Positions 25,071 through 36,721 of a stretch of 64,000 bases of DNA are shown here, piece by piece. The DNA is from Malacoraja senta (Eukaryota), in assembly GCA_038087875.1 (NCBI GenBank), contig CM075989.1, positions 21,578,001 through 21,642,000 on the forward strand, read 5' to 3'. The notes beneath the pieces are model-generated. The model searched no databases. It had not been told where the DNA came from and worked only from the letters and a program-made list of their open reading frames with translations. Position 1 is the first letter of the stretch. Each line of letters starts with the position of its first letter. Position numbers and translations under genes: made by a program.

Positions 25071-26036
25071 GGCTTTTCGTCCTTCGGCGCCACGTCCGGG
25101 TACCTAACCCTATAATGATCTCTATCTTGAATATACGGAGCTGCCAAGCCTCCACAGCCTTCGTGGGTAGTGAGCACCAAAGGTCACCCCTGTCTGGGCA
25201 GGCACAACTCTTCCCATGGAACACAAGGAACTGCAGATGCTGGAATCTTGGGCAAAACATAAAGTGTTGTAGAAACTCAGCGGGTCAGGCAGCATCTGCG
25301 GTGGGAGTGGACAGGTGACGTTTTGGGTCAGGACCTTACTCATCTCAGTCCCGGGGTCAAGGAAAGAGCGTCCATGTCACAGCCCTGTTTCCACCAATCT
25401 TTCCACCGCCACGCACAAGAAACACAAGAAGCGCAATTGTATGCAGATGCCGAGAAGTGTGTTCAGCTCTGACTGAACAATTTCTAATCTTGCGAGGTGG
25501 ACTCCATAAGAAGATCTCAGTCCCGAATGGCTGGTCGCTCATTCTGAGACTGTGATCCCCAGTTCCATATAGAGTGATCTCAGCAACTGCTTGCAAAAAA
25601 CTAAACCATTTACTGAATACATCCTCAAGGTATTTACGAAGAATTTTTAAATGGAATTGAATGATGTTTATCTGCAGTCATTTTCATTTGCCATTTCTGT
25701 AAACTGATTAGCTTTTTAATGTTTACAGAAAATAGAAACACATGGGTTTAAATGTGCATTAAAATATAAAACTTTTTTAAAAAATAGAAATATCTATGCA
25801 TTTTTTAGCAAGTGGGGGAGGAAACAATAGTCTGACTATAATTTTTTTTTCTGGGCTAGAGAGGTTGTTGAACAATGATAATGAGTTGGCACGCTGTTAA
25901 ATGGTCATGAATACTTCATTTAGCAAAGCTTAATATCTCTGGGTCTACGTTAAATACATCTGCAATTATTACAAGCTTTCCCTGTGGAGGTAACATTGAT
26001 AATAACTTTAATTTCCAGGTGGAAACAAGGAACAAG

Positions 26037-26350
26037 GGGCGGCACGGTGACGCAGCGTTAGAGTTGCTGCCTTACTGAGCTGGAGACCAGGGTTCCATCC
26101 TGACCGCGGGCGCTGTCTGTACGGAGTTTGTGCGTTCTCCCCGTGACCTGCGTGGGTTTTCTCCGAGATTTCCGATTTCCTCCCACACTCCAAAGACGTG
26201 CAGGCATGCAGGTAAATTAGCTTGGTAAATGTAAATTGTCCCTAGTGTGTGTGTAGGATAGTGTTAATGCGCGGGGATCGCTGGTCGGCGCGGACCCAGT
26301 GGGCTGAAGGGACTGTTTGCGCGCTGTATCTCTGAACTAAAATTTAAACT
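26037..26350 (+). mobile_element. V-SINE, full length
   Basis: Head, V core, tail. Confidence 0.9.
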
Positions 26351-26482
26351 ATACAGCCGAAGCTGATTACACACAAAGGGACACAAACTGCTGAAGAACT
26401 GATTGTCCACCATGTTATGTCCTAGAGTCATGTAGCATAGAAACAGGCTCTTCGGCCCAACTTGCCCATGCTAAGCAATGCA

Positions 26483-26965
26483 AGATTAGGTCCATTCAAG
26501 TCCAATTAAAGATAGTCTGAAGGTCTCCAATAAGGTAGATTGTATAACATGACTGCTCTCTAGTTGGCAACAGAATGGTTACGTTGCCTGATAACAGCTG
26601 GAAAGGAACTGTCCCTGAATCTGGCGTTTTCACACTTCTGTACCTCTTGCCTGATGGGAGAGGGGAGAAGAGGGGTGAGATTCATCCTTGATGATGCTGC
26701 TGGCCTTGCTGTGGCAGCATGAGGTGTAGATGGAGTCAATGGAAGGGAGGTTGGTTTGTGTGATGGTCTGGGCTACGTCCACAACTCTGCAATTTCTTGA
26801 GGTCATGGCTGTTTCCAAACCATGCTGTGATGATTCCTGATGAAATACTTCATACAGAGCATCTGTAGAAGTTGGTGAGAGTTGTTGGGGACCTGCTGAA
26901 CTTCCCAAGCCTTCTAAGGAAGTAGAGGCACTGATGGGCTTTCTTAGCCATTGCTTTGATATGGC
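26483..26965 (-). mobile_element. Rex1/Babar-like LINE ORF C-terminal relic
   Basis: RVVDVAQTITQTNLPSIDSIYTSCCHSKASSIIKDESHP in ORF 26630-27049. Confidence 0.7.
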
Positions 26966-27192
26966 TAGTCCAGTTTGATTGGACTCCTGCATGCTTTGAT
27001 TTGACCAGATAGCACACAAAACATTTTTTGCCCTTATCTCAGTACACATGAAAATAATGAACCAATACTAATTCTAACCTATCCATGCTCTTGTATTGAT
27101 TGAGTTTAAAACTCTTCAAAATTTGATTTTTTTAATTTGAAATAAAAACTATGCATTGTAAATATGAACAGAAATAGACTTGGTAAATTATC

Positions 27193-27432
27193 ATCTTTAG
27201 CCAGAGGGTGGTGAATCTGTGGAATTTATTGCCACAGACGGCTGTGGAGGCCAAGTCAATGGATATGTTTAAGGCAGAGATTGACAGATTCTTGATTAGT
27301 ACGGGTGCCAGGGGTTATGGGGAGAAGGCAGGAGAACGGGGTTAGGAGGGAGAGATAGATCAGCCATGATTGAATGGCTGAGTAGACTCGATGGGCCGAA
27401 TGGCCTGATCCTGCTCCAACAACTTACGAACT
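27193..27432 (+). mobile_element. CR1 3' end
   Basis: cagagggtggtgaatctgtggaat...gggccgaatggcct. Confidence 0.88.
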
Positions 27433-28022
27433 TATCGAGAATGAGATTTGAAGACAGATGTATTCTCATTACATGAGCACCATTGATCTTCAACACACTT
27501 CCTCTCATCAGACCACCAACATCAACTGCATCCCTCGCCACAAAACCACCTGAGACTTCTGAATCCTCCCTTTCTAGACCACCAACAAAACCAAAATCAC
27601 TTCCTCACATTAAATCACCGGCAAAATCAGATGTGTTTCTTAATGTCAGACCACAAAGGAACTCAAACTCTAGACCACCAGTACAACTGATGCAACTATT
27701 TCCAGTTAGGCTGCTAAACAAAAAAACCCAGAGGAGAATAAATGAGAATCCAAGAAAATATGTTTTTATTGCCTGTCCAAAACATGTACTCATGAAAACT
27801 GGGATGGGATGCATCTTGCCAAATCCCTGTATTATGTCCAGATGCAATGTGATAAAACTGTCATTAGCAGCCGGGACCCATCCTGGTTGCTGGGTAATAA
27901 ACGCTTACAGTAGAACGCCTATTGTTTCAATTCCAGCAAGTATGGGAATCAGTCTTTAGATCACACTTCTCTGTTTTTTCTTGCCTTTTTCAAAATTATT
28001 TTGCCTGAGTTTTGAAATATTT

Positions 28023-28612
28023 AGGAGGTCCTACTGCAGTTGTACAGGGCCCTGGTGAGACCGCACCTGGAGTATTGTGTGCAATTTTGGTCTCCTAAGT
28101 TGAGGAAGCACATTCTTGCTGTTGAGGGAGTGCAGCGTAGGTTCACCAGGTTAATTCCCGGGATGGCGGGACTGACATATGATGAAAGAATGGGTCGACT
28201 GGGTTTGTATTCACTGGAATTTAGAAGGTTGAGAGGGGATCTTAGAGAAACATATACAATTCTTGGACAGGTTAGATGCAGGAAAAATGTTCCTGCTGCT
28301 GGGGGAATCCAGAACCAGGGGTAAGAATAATTTAGGACTGAGATGAGGAAAACCTTTTTCACACAGAGAGTTGTCAATCTGTGGAATTCTCTGCCACAGA
28401 AGTCAGTGGAGGCCAATTCACTGGATAGTTTCAAGAGAGAGTTACAGTCGATTTAGCTCTTAGGGCTAATGGAATCAAGGGATATGGGGGGGAAAGCAGG
28501 AACGGGGTACTGATTTTAGATGATGAGCCATGATCATATTGAATGGCGGTGCTGGTTTGAAGGGCTGAATGCCTACTCCTGCACCTATTTTTCTATGTTT
28601 CTATGTTTCTAT
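28023..28612 (+). mobile_element. CR1 3' fragment, (CTATGTTT)n tail
   Basis: LYRALVRPHLEYCVQFWSP...RLGLYSLEFRRLRGDL. Confidence 0.95.
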
Positions 28613-28650
28613 TCCTTACTGCAATTATAATGCTGTTCTGAAATTAAATT

Positions 28651-28933
28651 GGCAGCGGTAGAGTTGCCACCTTACTGCGCCAAGGACCCGGGTTCGTTCC
28701 TGACCACGGGTGTTTGTCTGTACGGAGTTTGAATGTTCTCCCCGTGACCTACGCGGGTTTTTTTTACCCCGGAGCTACGGTTTCCTTCCCGCACTCTATA
28801 GATGTACAGGAGGTTTTGTAGGTTAATTGGTTTGGTAAAATTGTAAAAAATGTTCCTAGTGTGTGTAGGATAGTGTTAGTGTGCGGGGATCGCTGGTTGG
28901 GGAAAGGCCTGTTTCTGTGCTATATCTCTAAAA
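28651..28933 (+). mobile_element. V-SINE
   Basis: Diverged head and V core. Confidence 0.8.
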
Positions 28934-29336
28934 ACTCGAACGGAAATCATCCCCACAACTGATATTGTCCAAGCTCCTCAATCCATGGTTTTAAAACCTC
29001 AGTGTCTATTCTTAGATTTCACATCACCTCCACTTAACACCCCTATTAATTTGTTACCGTCTATTTGGCCTTTAAAAAAGATGGATGTGTTCACACTCTT
29101 TCTCCCCTTGGTGCCCCTTTGTGCCACACCCACTGCACGAGGGAAGTAGCAGTGAGGTTGGAGGTAATATATTACTTTGCCGTGCTTTACGGGATTCCAT
29201 CACAGTGTCAAGTTATTTTTATTGCTTTGGGAACACTGCACACTTTGAATATTAGTTGCACAGCCGGCAGCAACACTCTAGGTAACTCCCTCCCTCCTTC
29301 TGACAACCGATACCCAACGCATCAACGTCACCTCAC

Positions 29337-29632
29337 CGGTGGCGCAGCGGTAGAGTTGCTGCCTTACAGCGCCAGAGACCCGGGTTCGATCCTGACTATG
29401 GGTGCTTGTCGGCAGGGAGTGTACGTTCTCTCCGTGACCTGCGTGGGTTTTCTCTGAGATCTTCAGTTTCCTCCCACACTCCAAAGACGTGCGGGTTTGT
29501 AGGCCCGGTATAAAATGTAAATTGTCCCTCGTGTAGGATAGTATTAGTGTGCGGGATTGCTGGTCGGTGCACACGGTGGGCCGAAGGGCCTGTTTCCATG
29601 CTGTATCTCTAAACTAAACTAAACTAAACTAA
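29337..29632 (+). mobile_element. V-SINE
   Basis: A/B boxes, V core, (AAACT)n tail. Confidence 0.9.
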
Positions 29633-30612
29633 AAAGTTCTGTAGATTATCACTCCAGGTTGCTGGATTATGTATGAACAGCTACCCACAACCCACAGCCC
29701 ACGGCTGGTTGACTACCTGTATTTGCAAATGCTATCTAATTCATTCTCATATTGTAGCCAGTATCAAGTTAGGAACTTGTCTCACTGTTACAATCTTCAT
29801 ATCGTATTGAAACTATTTGATTTGCAAAGTTCCTAGAACATCAAGAAACAACTAGCAAGGAACTGCAGATGCTGGTTTACAACAAAAAAACGACACACAG
29901 TGCTGGAGTAACTCAGTGAGACAGGCAACATCACTGGAGAACATGGATAAGTGGATGGAACATGGACACATGGATAGGACAGGTTTGGAGGGGTATTGGC
30001 AAAACGTAGGCAGGTGGGACGTGTAGCTGGGACATGTTGGCCCGTATGGGCAAGTTGGGCTGAAGGGCCTGTTTCCATGCTGTATCACTCTGTGATGTTT
30101 TGGGTCGGGACCCTTTATCCGACATTAATTTACTTTCATTACCACCACCCTGGCCACGCTCTCATTTCACTCCGACCATTATAAAGAAGGTACAGATGTC
30201 TGAAAGCCATGACTACCAAGTTCACACATTCAGTATAAGAGTAGGGAGGTTATGTTACAGTTGTATAAGACTTTGGTGGGGCCATATTTGGAGTTTTGTG
30301 TTCAGTTTTGGTCACTGAGTTATAGGAAAGATTTTATTAAGATGTAAAGGGTGTAGAAAAGATTTAGTTGAGGCAGGTACCATCACAATGTTTAAAAGAT
30401 ATTTGGACAGGCACATGGTTGAGAAGGGTATGAGCCAAATGCTGGCAAGCAGGACTAATGAGCTCCATCTACACTAGTCCCACCTGTCCATACTTGCCCT
30501 CCATAACCTGTCATATCCATCTAAATCTGTCCTATCCCAAAAAGGAGGGGGTTGAGTTATTACCTAAAATTGGAGCATTCAATGTTCATACTGTCGGGGT
30601 GTAAGCTACCCG

Positions 30613-30646
30613 AGTCTGAAGAAGGGTCTCGACCCGAAACGTCACC
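30613..30646 (+). ncRNA. Minimal hammerhead ribozyme motif (PLE subfamily A), consensus copy
   Basis: agt-CUGAAGA-A-GGGU(CUCG)ACCC-GAAA-CGUC-acc; adjacent to an inverted GIY-YIG end at 30555-30610. Confidence 0.65.
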
Positions 30647-31029
30647 CATTCCTTCTCTCCAAAGATGCTGCCTGTCCCGCTGAGTTACTCCAGCTTTTTT
30701 GTGTCCATGTTCCAGCGAATTAAAGAACAACTTTCTTGCAAAACACCAGCTGGCTCATCAATACCCTTTGGGGAAGGAATGCTGTTATCTTGACTCATTC
30801 TGACTTATTCCCGACCCACAGTTATGTGGTTGCTCTTGGAAAGAAATGATCTAACAAGCCAGTCATTTCAAGAGCAATTGATTCTTGATGAGGCCATTGT
30901 TCTTCATGAAGAACAGGCATTCTTGTTGCCCAGTTTTTTCCCCAACCATCATCTGGAGTTCCCACCAAGCAGAGCTTCCATCCATTGGCGAGCATTAAAG
31001 AACAAAGTGGAAGGTAAGTTTCCAGCTGG

Positions 31030-31365
31030 TCATAGAGTCATACAATGTGGAAACAGGCCCTTCAGCCCAACTTGCCCACACTAGCCAACATGTCCCAGCT
31101 ACACTAGCCTCCCCTGCCCGCGTTTGGCCCATATCCCTCTAAACCTGTCCTATCCATGTACCTGTCTACCTGTTTCCTAAACATTGCAATCGTCCCAGCC
31201 TCAACTACCCACTCTGGCAGCTTGTTCCATACGCCCATCACCCTTTGTGTGAAAAAGTTACCCCTCAGATTCCTATTAAATCTTTCCCCCCTCATCTTAA
31301 ACCTATGTCCTCTGGTCCTCGATTCCCCTACTCTGACTCCATGCGTCTATTCCTCTCATGATTCT
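31030..31365 (-). mobile_element. CR1 3' end
   Basis: ORF 31104-31295 RGNFFTQRVMGVWNKLP; 3' end gggctgaagggcctgtttcc is shared with the SINE tail. Confidence 0.92.
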
Positions 31366-31496
31366 ATACATGATGTTAAAGATTTTTCTTCGACGCGCAG
31401 TTTAGTTCCTTGGATCGTGTCCTTGTTCGTGAAGCAGGACATCACGGGAATTCAATTTTTTTTCATGGACAGGGAATCCCGTAATCATTCAAAATG

Positions 31497-31779
31497 TTTA
31501 GTTTAGTGATACAGCGCGGAAACAGGCCCTTCGGCCCACCGGGTCCATACCGACCGGCGATCACCGCACATAACTGTAACTCTGTCCTACACTAGGGACA
31601 ATATTTACATTTATACCAAGCCATTTAACCTACAAACCGGTACGTCTTTGGAGTGCGGAGTCTCGGAGAAAACCCACGCAGGTCACGTACAAACTCTGTA
31701 TAGAAAAGCCAGGATCGAACCTGGGTCTCTGGTGCAGTGAGCGCTGTACCACTCTACCACTGCGCCACCCGTGCTGCCC
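31497..31779 (-). mobile_element. V-SINE
   Basis: Head and tail present, with deletions. Confidence 0.8.
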
Positions 31780-32082
31780 TGGAAAAGCTAGTTGTGGAAT
31801 GTTGCAGAAAAGCTAAATATACTGTAGCTCTCTTCACAGAATACAGAAAGGCTAGATTCTTTAAAAATAAAATTGCTGATGTCAATATTTACAGCATATC
31901 AGAAAGCCAATCCGGTTTAACAAACTAATGCTGGAAATCTCTTTCAATTGAGGTTATCAGAGTCAAAGCTCTCCAATATTTGAATATTCCATGTGTCACT
32001 TTAACATACATTTCCGATGAACTCAACATGTTCTATAAATGAGGTTAGTCAACAATTCCATTATCCTTAACTTTAGGTTTCC

Positions 32083-32305
32083 AGATGATGAATCTGTGGA
32101 ATTCGTTGCCACAGGCGGCTGTGGAGGACAATGGATTTAAGGCGGACATTGACAGATTCTTGATTAGTACGGGTGTCAGGGGAGAAGGCAGGAGAATGGG
32201 GTTGAGCGGGGAAAATAGATCAGCCACGATTGAATGGTGGAGTAGACCTGATGGGCTGAATGGCCTAATTCTGCTCCTAGAACTTATGAACATATGAACT
32301 TATGA
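32083..32305 (+). mobile_element. CR1 3' end
   Basis: NLWNSLPQ..FKADIDRFL; (ACTTATGA)n tail. Confidence 0.88.
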
Positions 32306-33366
32306 AGTTAGATACTTGCAGCTGGAGATTCCCTTGGCCTCCCTTCAAGGTTAATGTTTTAAAAGATAAAAGATGAATGATAACAATTACTGAATGCTTA
32401 CCCTGAGTGACTAGAAAAAAAATCTCTTCTAAATAAATGGAAAAGAAGCAAAACCAGTTTATTCCCCTCTGAGTACTGAGTGTACGTGCTATTAAGCGGG
32501 CTATTTTTATGCCAAGTTTGACCTGCTCTATATTTCAACAGACTTTTGTTTCTATGATCTACAAGAGTAAACAGGACTGGGATGATGGAGGAGGCTCTGT
32601 ACTGTTTGTGTGCATTGATCGGACATTGCGATGGCTTGCACCATCTCCATTCCAGTGGTGGCCAGCTGACTCTACCTTCCTTTGGCATGTTGGACATGAT
32701 TAAGGGGCTTGTTCCATCAGTCGCAAACATTGCTCTTGAGGCAGAGATCTCAGCAAGGAACCCCAAGGGACTGTGGAGGCCAGCACATGGAGCAAACTGC
32801 AAACAGGGACAGTTTCTTTCCAGCTTTTATCAGGCAACTGAACCGTCCTCTCACCAACTAGAGAGTGGCCATGACCCCCCTATCTACCCCATTAGAAACC
32901 TTTGAACTATCTTTGATTGGACTTTACTGCACTAAATGTTCAGTTTACTTTCATTTAGTTTAGTTTAGTTTATTGTCACATGTACCGAGGTACAGTGAAA
33001 AGCTTTTTGTTGCATGCTATCCAGTCAGTGGAAAGACAATACATGATTACAATCGAGCCATCCACAGTGTGCAGATACAGGATAAAGGGAATAACATTTA
33101 GTGCAAGATAAAGTCCAGTAAAGTCTGATTAAAGATAGTTGGAATGTTCTACCTCAGTACACGTGAGAATAATAACTAAACTAAACTAAACTGCTGGAGT
33201 AACTCACCTGGTCAGGCAGCATCTGTGCAGGTAAAGGGATGGATGATGTTTTGGGTCGAGGACTGAGAATAGTGATCTTAGTGATCTCTAGCTCATTCTT
33301 AACTAGGTTGGTGGAAAACCCTGACAGTATTCTGACATAGATCGCAAACCAGCGTGGAACTGATGA

Positions 33367-33467
33367 TGATGATATGATTCTGTTCCTGATGATATGATTC
33401 TCTTCCTGATGATATGATTCTCTTCCTGATGATATGATTCTCTTCCTGATGATGTGATTCTTCTTCC
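33367..33467 (+). repeat. Minisatellite, 20-bp unit TGATGATATGATTCTCTTCC, about 5 copies
   Basis: Read directly from the sequence. Confidence 0.92.
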
Positions 33468-33914
33468 CTCTATTTGATTGCTTTGGCAGGATGAAATTAG
33501 GCTAGCCTTGGTGTCTTTGGTTGAAGATTCACATGCCTGACCTTTGACAGTTGGTACAAAACAAGACAGCTTACCAATGGTTAAATGGTTCTTTATTCTC
33601 ACAAGTTCTGAGGTACAGTAAAATTCTTTTTTTGCAAACAGTTCAGTAAAAAATTGCTCTCAACAAATACAATCCCAGATGAAGTACAACGTGGATGGAA
33701 ATAGTCCACTGAGACAATATGCAAGAGTTGCCATGTTTTGCCGCCATTTCCAAAGTCCCAGACGCGGCTGGCCATAACGGCCCATTGCAGCAGTCGCCTG
33801 CGACATGATCGGCCCGTGATCCATCTCTTCGCCCGGCCACCATTCAACATCAGGGAGCCTCCCGCAGCTGACCCCACTTCCTCTTACTGCCCTTTTTGTT
33901 ACACTTCAGACCAT

Positions 33915-34378
33915 TAGACTTTAGAGATACAGCGCGGAAACAGGCCATTCAGCCCACCGAGACCGCGCCGACCAGCGATCCCTGCACACTAACACTATCC
34001 CACGCACTTGGGATAATTTAACATTTTTACCAGAACCAATTAACCTACAAACCAGCACGTCTTTGGAGTGTGGGAGGAAACCGGAGCACCCAGAGAAAAC
34101 TCACGCGGTCACAGGGAGAACATCGAGAGAGTTAGATAGAGCTCTAGGGGCTAGTGGAGTCAAGGGATATGGGGAGAAGGCAGGCACGGGTTATTGATAG
34201 GGGACGATCAGCCATGATCACAATGAATGGCAGGGCTGGCTCGAAGGGCCGAATGCCCTCCTCCTGCACCTATTTTCTATGTTTCTATGTAATAAGCAAA
34301 CTGCACACAGACGGCACCCGAGGTCAGGATCGAACCTGGGTCTCTGGTATCTCTCCCAGCTGCGCCACTCTGTGGCCC
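33915..34378 (-). mobile_element. V-SINE containing a plus-strand CR1 tail (34124-34290)
   Basis: SINE split at gggagaac|CR1|gcaaactgcacacagac. Confidence 0.85.
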
Positions 34379-34996
34379 TGTTCTATGCTACATCAGTATT
34401 TGACACAGTATATAACATGAGCTGAACAGTCGTACGGCAGTAGAGGTTGTCTCTCCTTCTCGGGCATTACAATTCCCCGCTGCAAAGTCCCCTCCCCGCA
34501 AACACACGCGAACAGATGGTCATTTTCCCTCCACTCTGCAGACTTCATAATTGTTGCTGCCAAATTAGGTGCGGAATTTGGAAAAGTTTGTGGCTCCAGG
34601 CTTATACTTCCAGAAAGTAAGTCTGATATTGGCAGGGGCTGCCTTGCTTGTAATTCCATAGCCTCCAGCATTTACCTTGGAATAATCCTTGGAACGAGAG
34701 AAGCCTACTGAGATGGAACTGAGTAAGTGGGGGGAAACTGGTACTCGTATCACTTGTGGTTTGTCACTCTCTGTTTTTCTGACACAACACTTATGTTATT
34801 AACTTCAAAGCGGAAAATCTTGGCAGTCAATATATATGTTGAAACTAAGTTGGGAAAAAATGGAAAATTCAACATACCAACTATTGAACAATCCACGAAT
34901 CCTCCAACACTTTGATATTGGAATCAAAGAGATTGATCACGATTAACTGGGGAGGTTAGGGAAAAGCCTCGTTTGAACGTATAAGATTGCACCTGG

Positions 34997-35805
34997 GGTG
35001 GCAAGGTGGCGCAGCGGTAGAGCTGCTGCCTTACAGCACCAGAGACATGGGTTCGATCCTGACTACAGGTGCTTGTCCATATGGAGTTGGTACGTTCTCC
35101 CCGTGATCTGCGTGGGTTTTCTCCGAGATCTTCGGTTTCTTCCCACACTTCCAAAGACATAGATACATAGATACATAGACATTAGATGCAGGAGTAGGCC
35201 AATCGGCCCTTCGAGCCAGCACCGCCATTCAATGTGATCATGGCTGATCATCCACAATCAGTATCCAATTCCTTCCTTCTCCTCATATGCCTTGACTCCG
35301 CTATCTTTAAGAGCTCTATCTAACTCTCTCTTGAAAGCATCCAGAGAATCGGCCTCCAATGCCGAAAATTGGCAGAGAATTCCACAGTTCACAACTCTCT
35401 GGGTGAAAAGGGTTTTCCTCATCTCAGTGCTAAATGGCCTACCCCTTATTGTTAAACTATGGCCCCTGGTTCTGGACTCCCACAACATCAGGAACATGTT
35501 TCCTGCCTCTAGCGTGCCCAATCCCTTAATAATCTTGTATGTTTCAATAAGATACCCTCTCATGCTTCTAAATGCCAGTGTATATAAGCCCAGTCGCACC
35601 ATTCTTTCAACATATGACAGTCCCGCCATCCCGGGAATTAACCAGTTTGTCATTCATACAGCTTTGTAGGTTAATTGGCTTGATGTAAATGTAAAATTGT
35701 CCCTCGTGTGTGTAAAGTAGTGTAAGTGTGCGGGGATTGCTGGTCAGTGCAGACTCGGTGGGCCAAAGGGCCTGTTTCCGTGCTGTATCTCTAAACTAAA
35801 CTAAA
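34997..35805 (+). mobile_element. V-SINE containing a minus-strand CR1 (35160-35645)
   Basis: SINE split at ccaaagacat|...|catacagctttgtagg; ORF 35258-35653 is the CR1 C-terminus. Confidence 0.9.
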
Positions 35806-35916
35806 TTTATCAGTCTATACTGCCCTCCCCCACCATATATAACACTCCATTGGGAATACGGAATTATTGAATGACCTGCATAGGTATCACTTCAACTGTG
35901 TACAAGTGTAAATATG

Positions 35917-36191
35917 TTTAAGAAGGAATTGCAGATGCCAGAAAAATCGAAGGTAGATAAAAATGCTGGAGAAACTCAGCTTGTGAGGCAGCATCTATGG
36001 AGCGAAGGAATAGGTGACGTTTTGGGTCGAGACCCTTCTTCAGACCCGTTTTCTCTGAGATCGAGATACCGCGACTCTTCTAGGACCCGTCTGAAGAAGT
36101 GTCTCAACCCGAAAACGTCACCTATTCCTTCGCTCCATAGTCCCGCTGAGTCTCTCCAGCTGAGTCTCTCCAGCATTTTTGTCCTTCTTAA
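35917..36191. mobile_element. Palindromic PLE insertion with a 15-bp TSD
   Basis: acaagtgtaaatatg (35902-35916) and acaagtgtaagtatg (36192-36206) flank inverted pLTR ends. Confidence 0.85.
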
Positions 36192-36721
36192 ACAAGTGTA
36201 AGTATGAGATTATAAAATTTGATATGTTCTGACGTGCATATGGTGATACTTTTCTGGATCCTTTCAGTAACCCAGCATAGAGGCAAACTTCCAGCAGTTT
36301 TTCAAGGCCAACCTTGTTAATGTTTTGTGGGCATTTCCAAGTTGAACATGGCTTACAATCAATGGGGCCTGGCCAACTCTCTGCAATTGCAGCTCTTAAA
36401 GCCTTGCGGCTCCCAATTTGAATTGTTACCTGATATTTGCAGACTAATGAAATAAGAGCGTGGAAATATCCAGTTCAGGAACAGACCGTTTGGCCCATGA
36501 TGTGAATTTAAACTAATCTTTTCTAATCTCATGGTCTATATCCCACCATTTACAGCCTGGCCTTGTGCCCGCTGAAATGGCTCCTTAAATGTTGCGATTG
36601 AGTCCGTTTCCATCACCTCCCCAGGCAGCATGCACCCTCCACTCTTTGTGTAAAAGAGTGTCACACAAAACTTTCCCCCTCTCACCTTAACGCTTTAGTA
36701 TCTGACATTTCCACGCCACTG

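Noticed and set aside
30740..30880. Faint relic of an older elasmobranch SINE (also an L2-like tail at ~55500-55548)
   Set aside because: Similarity recalled only loosely; boundaries cannot be supported without a search
33367..33467. CTGATGA in the 20-bp repeat as a hammerhead, C/D snoRNA or CRISPR array
   Set aside because: No GAAA or helices, no unique spacers and no terminal stem; an ordinary minisatellite
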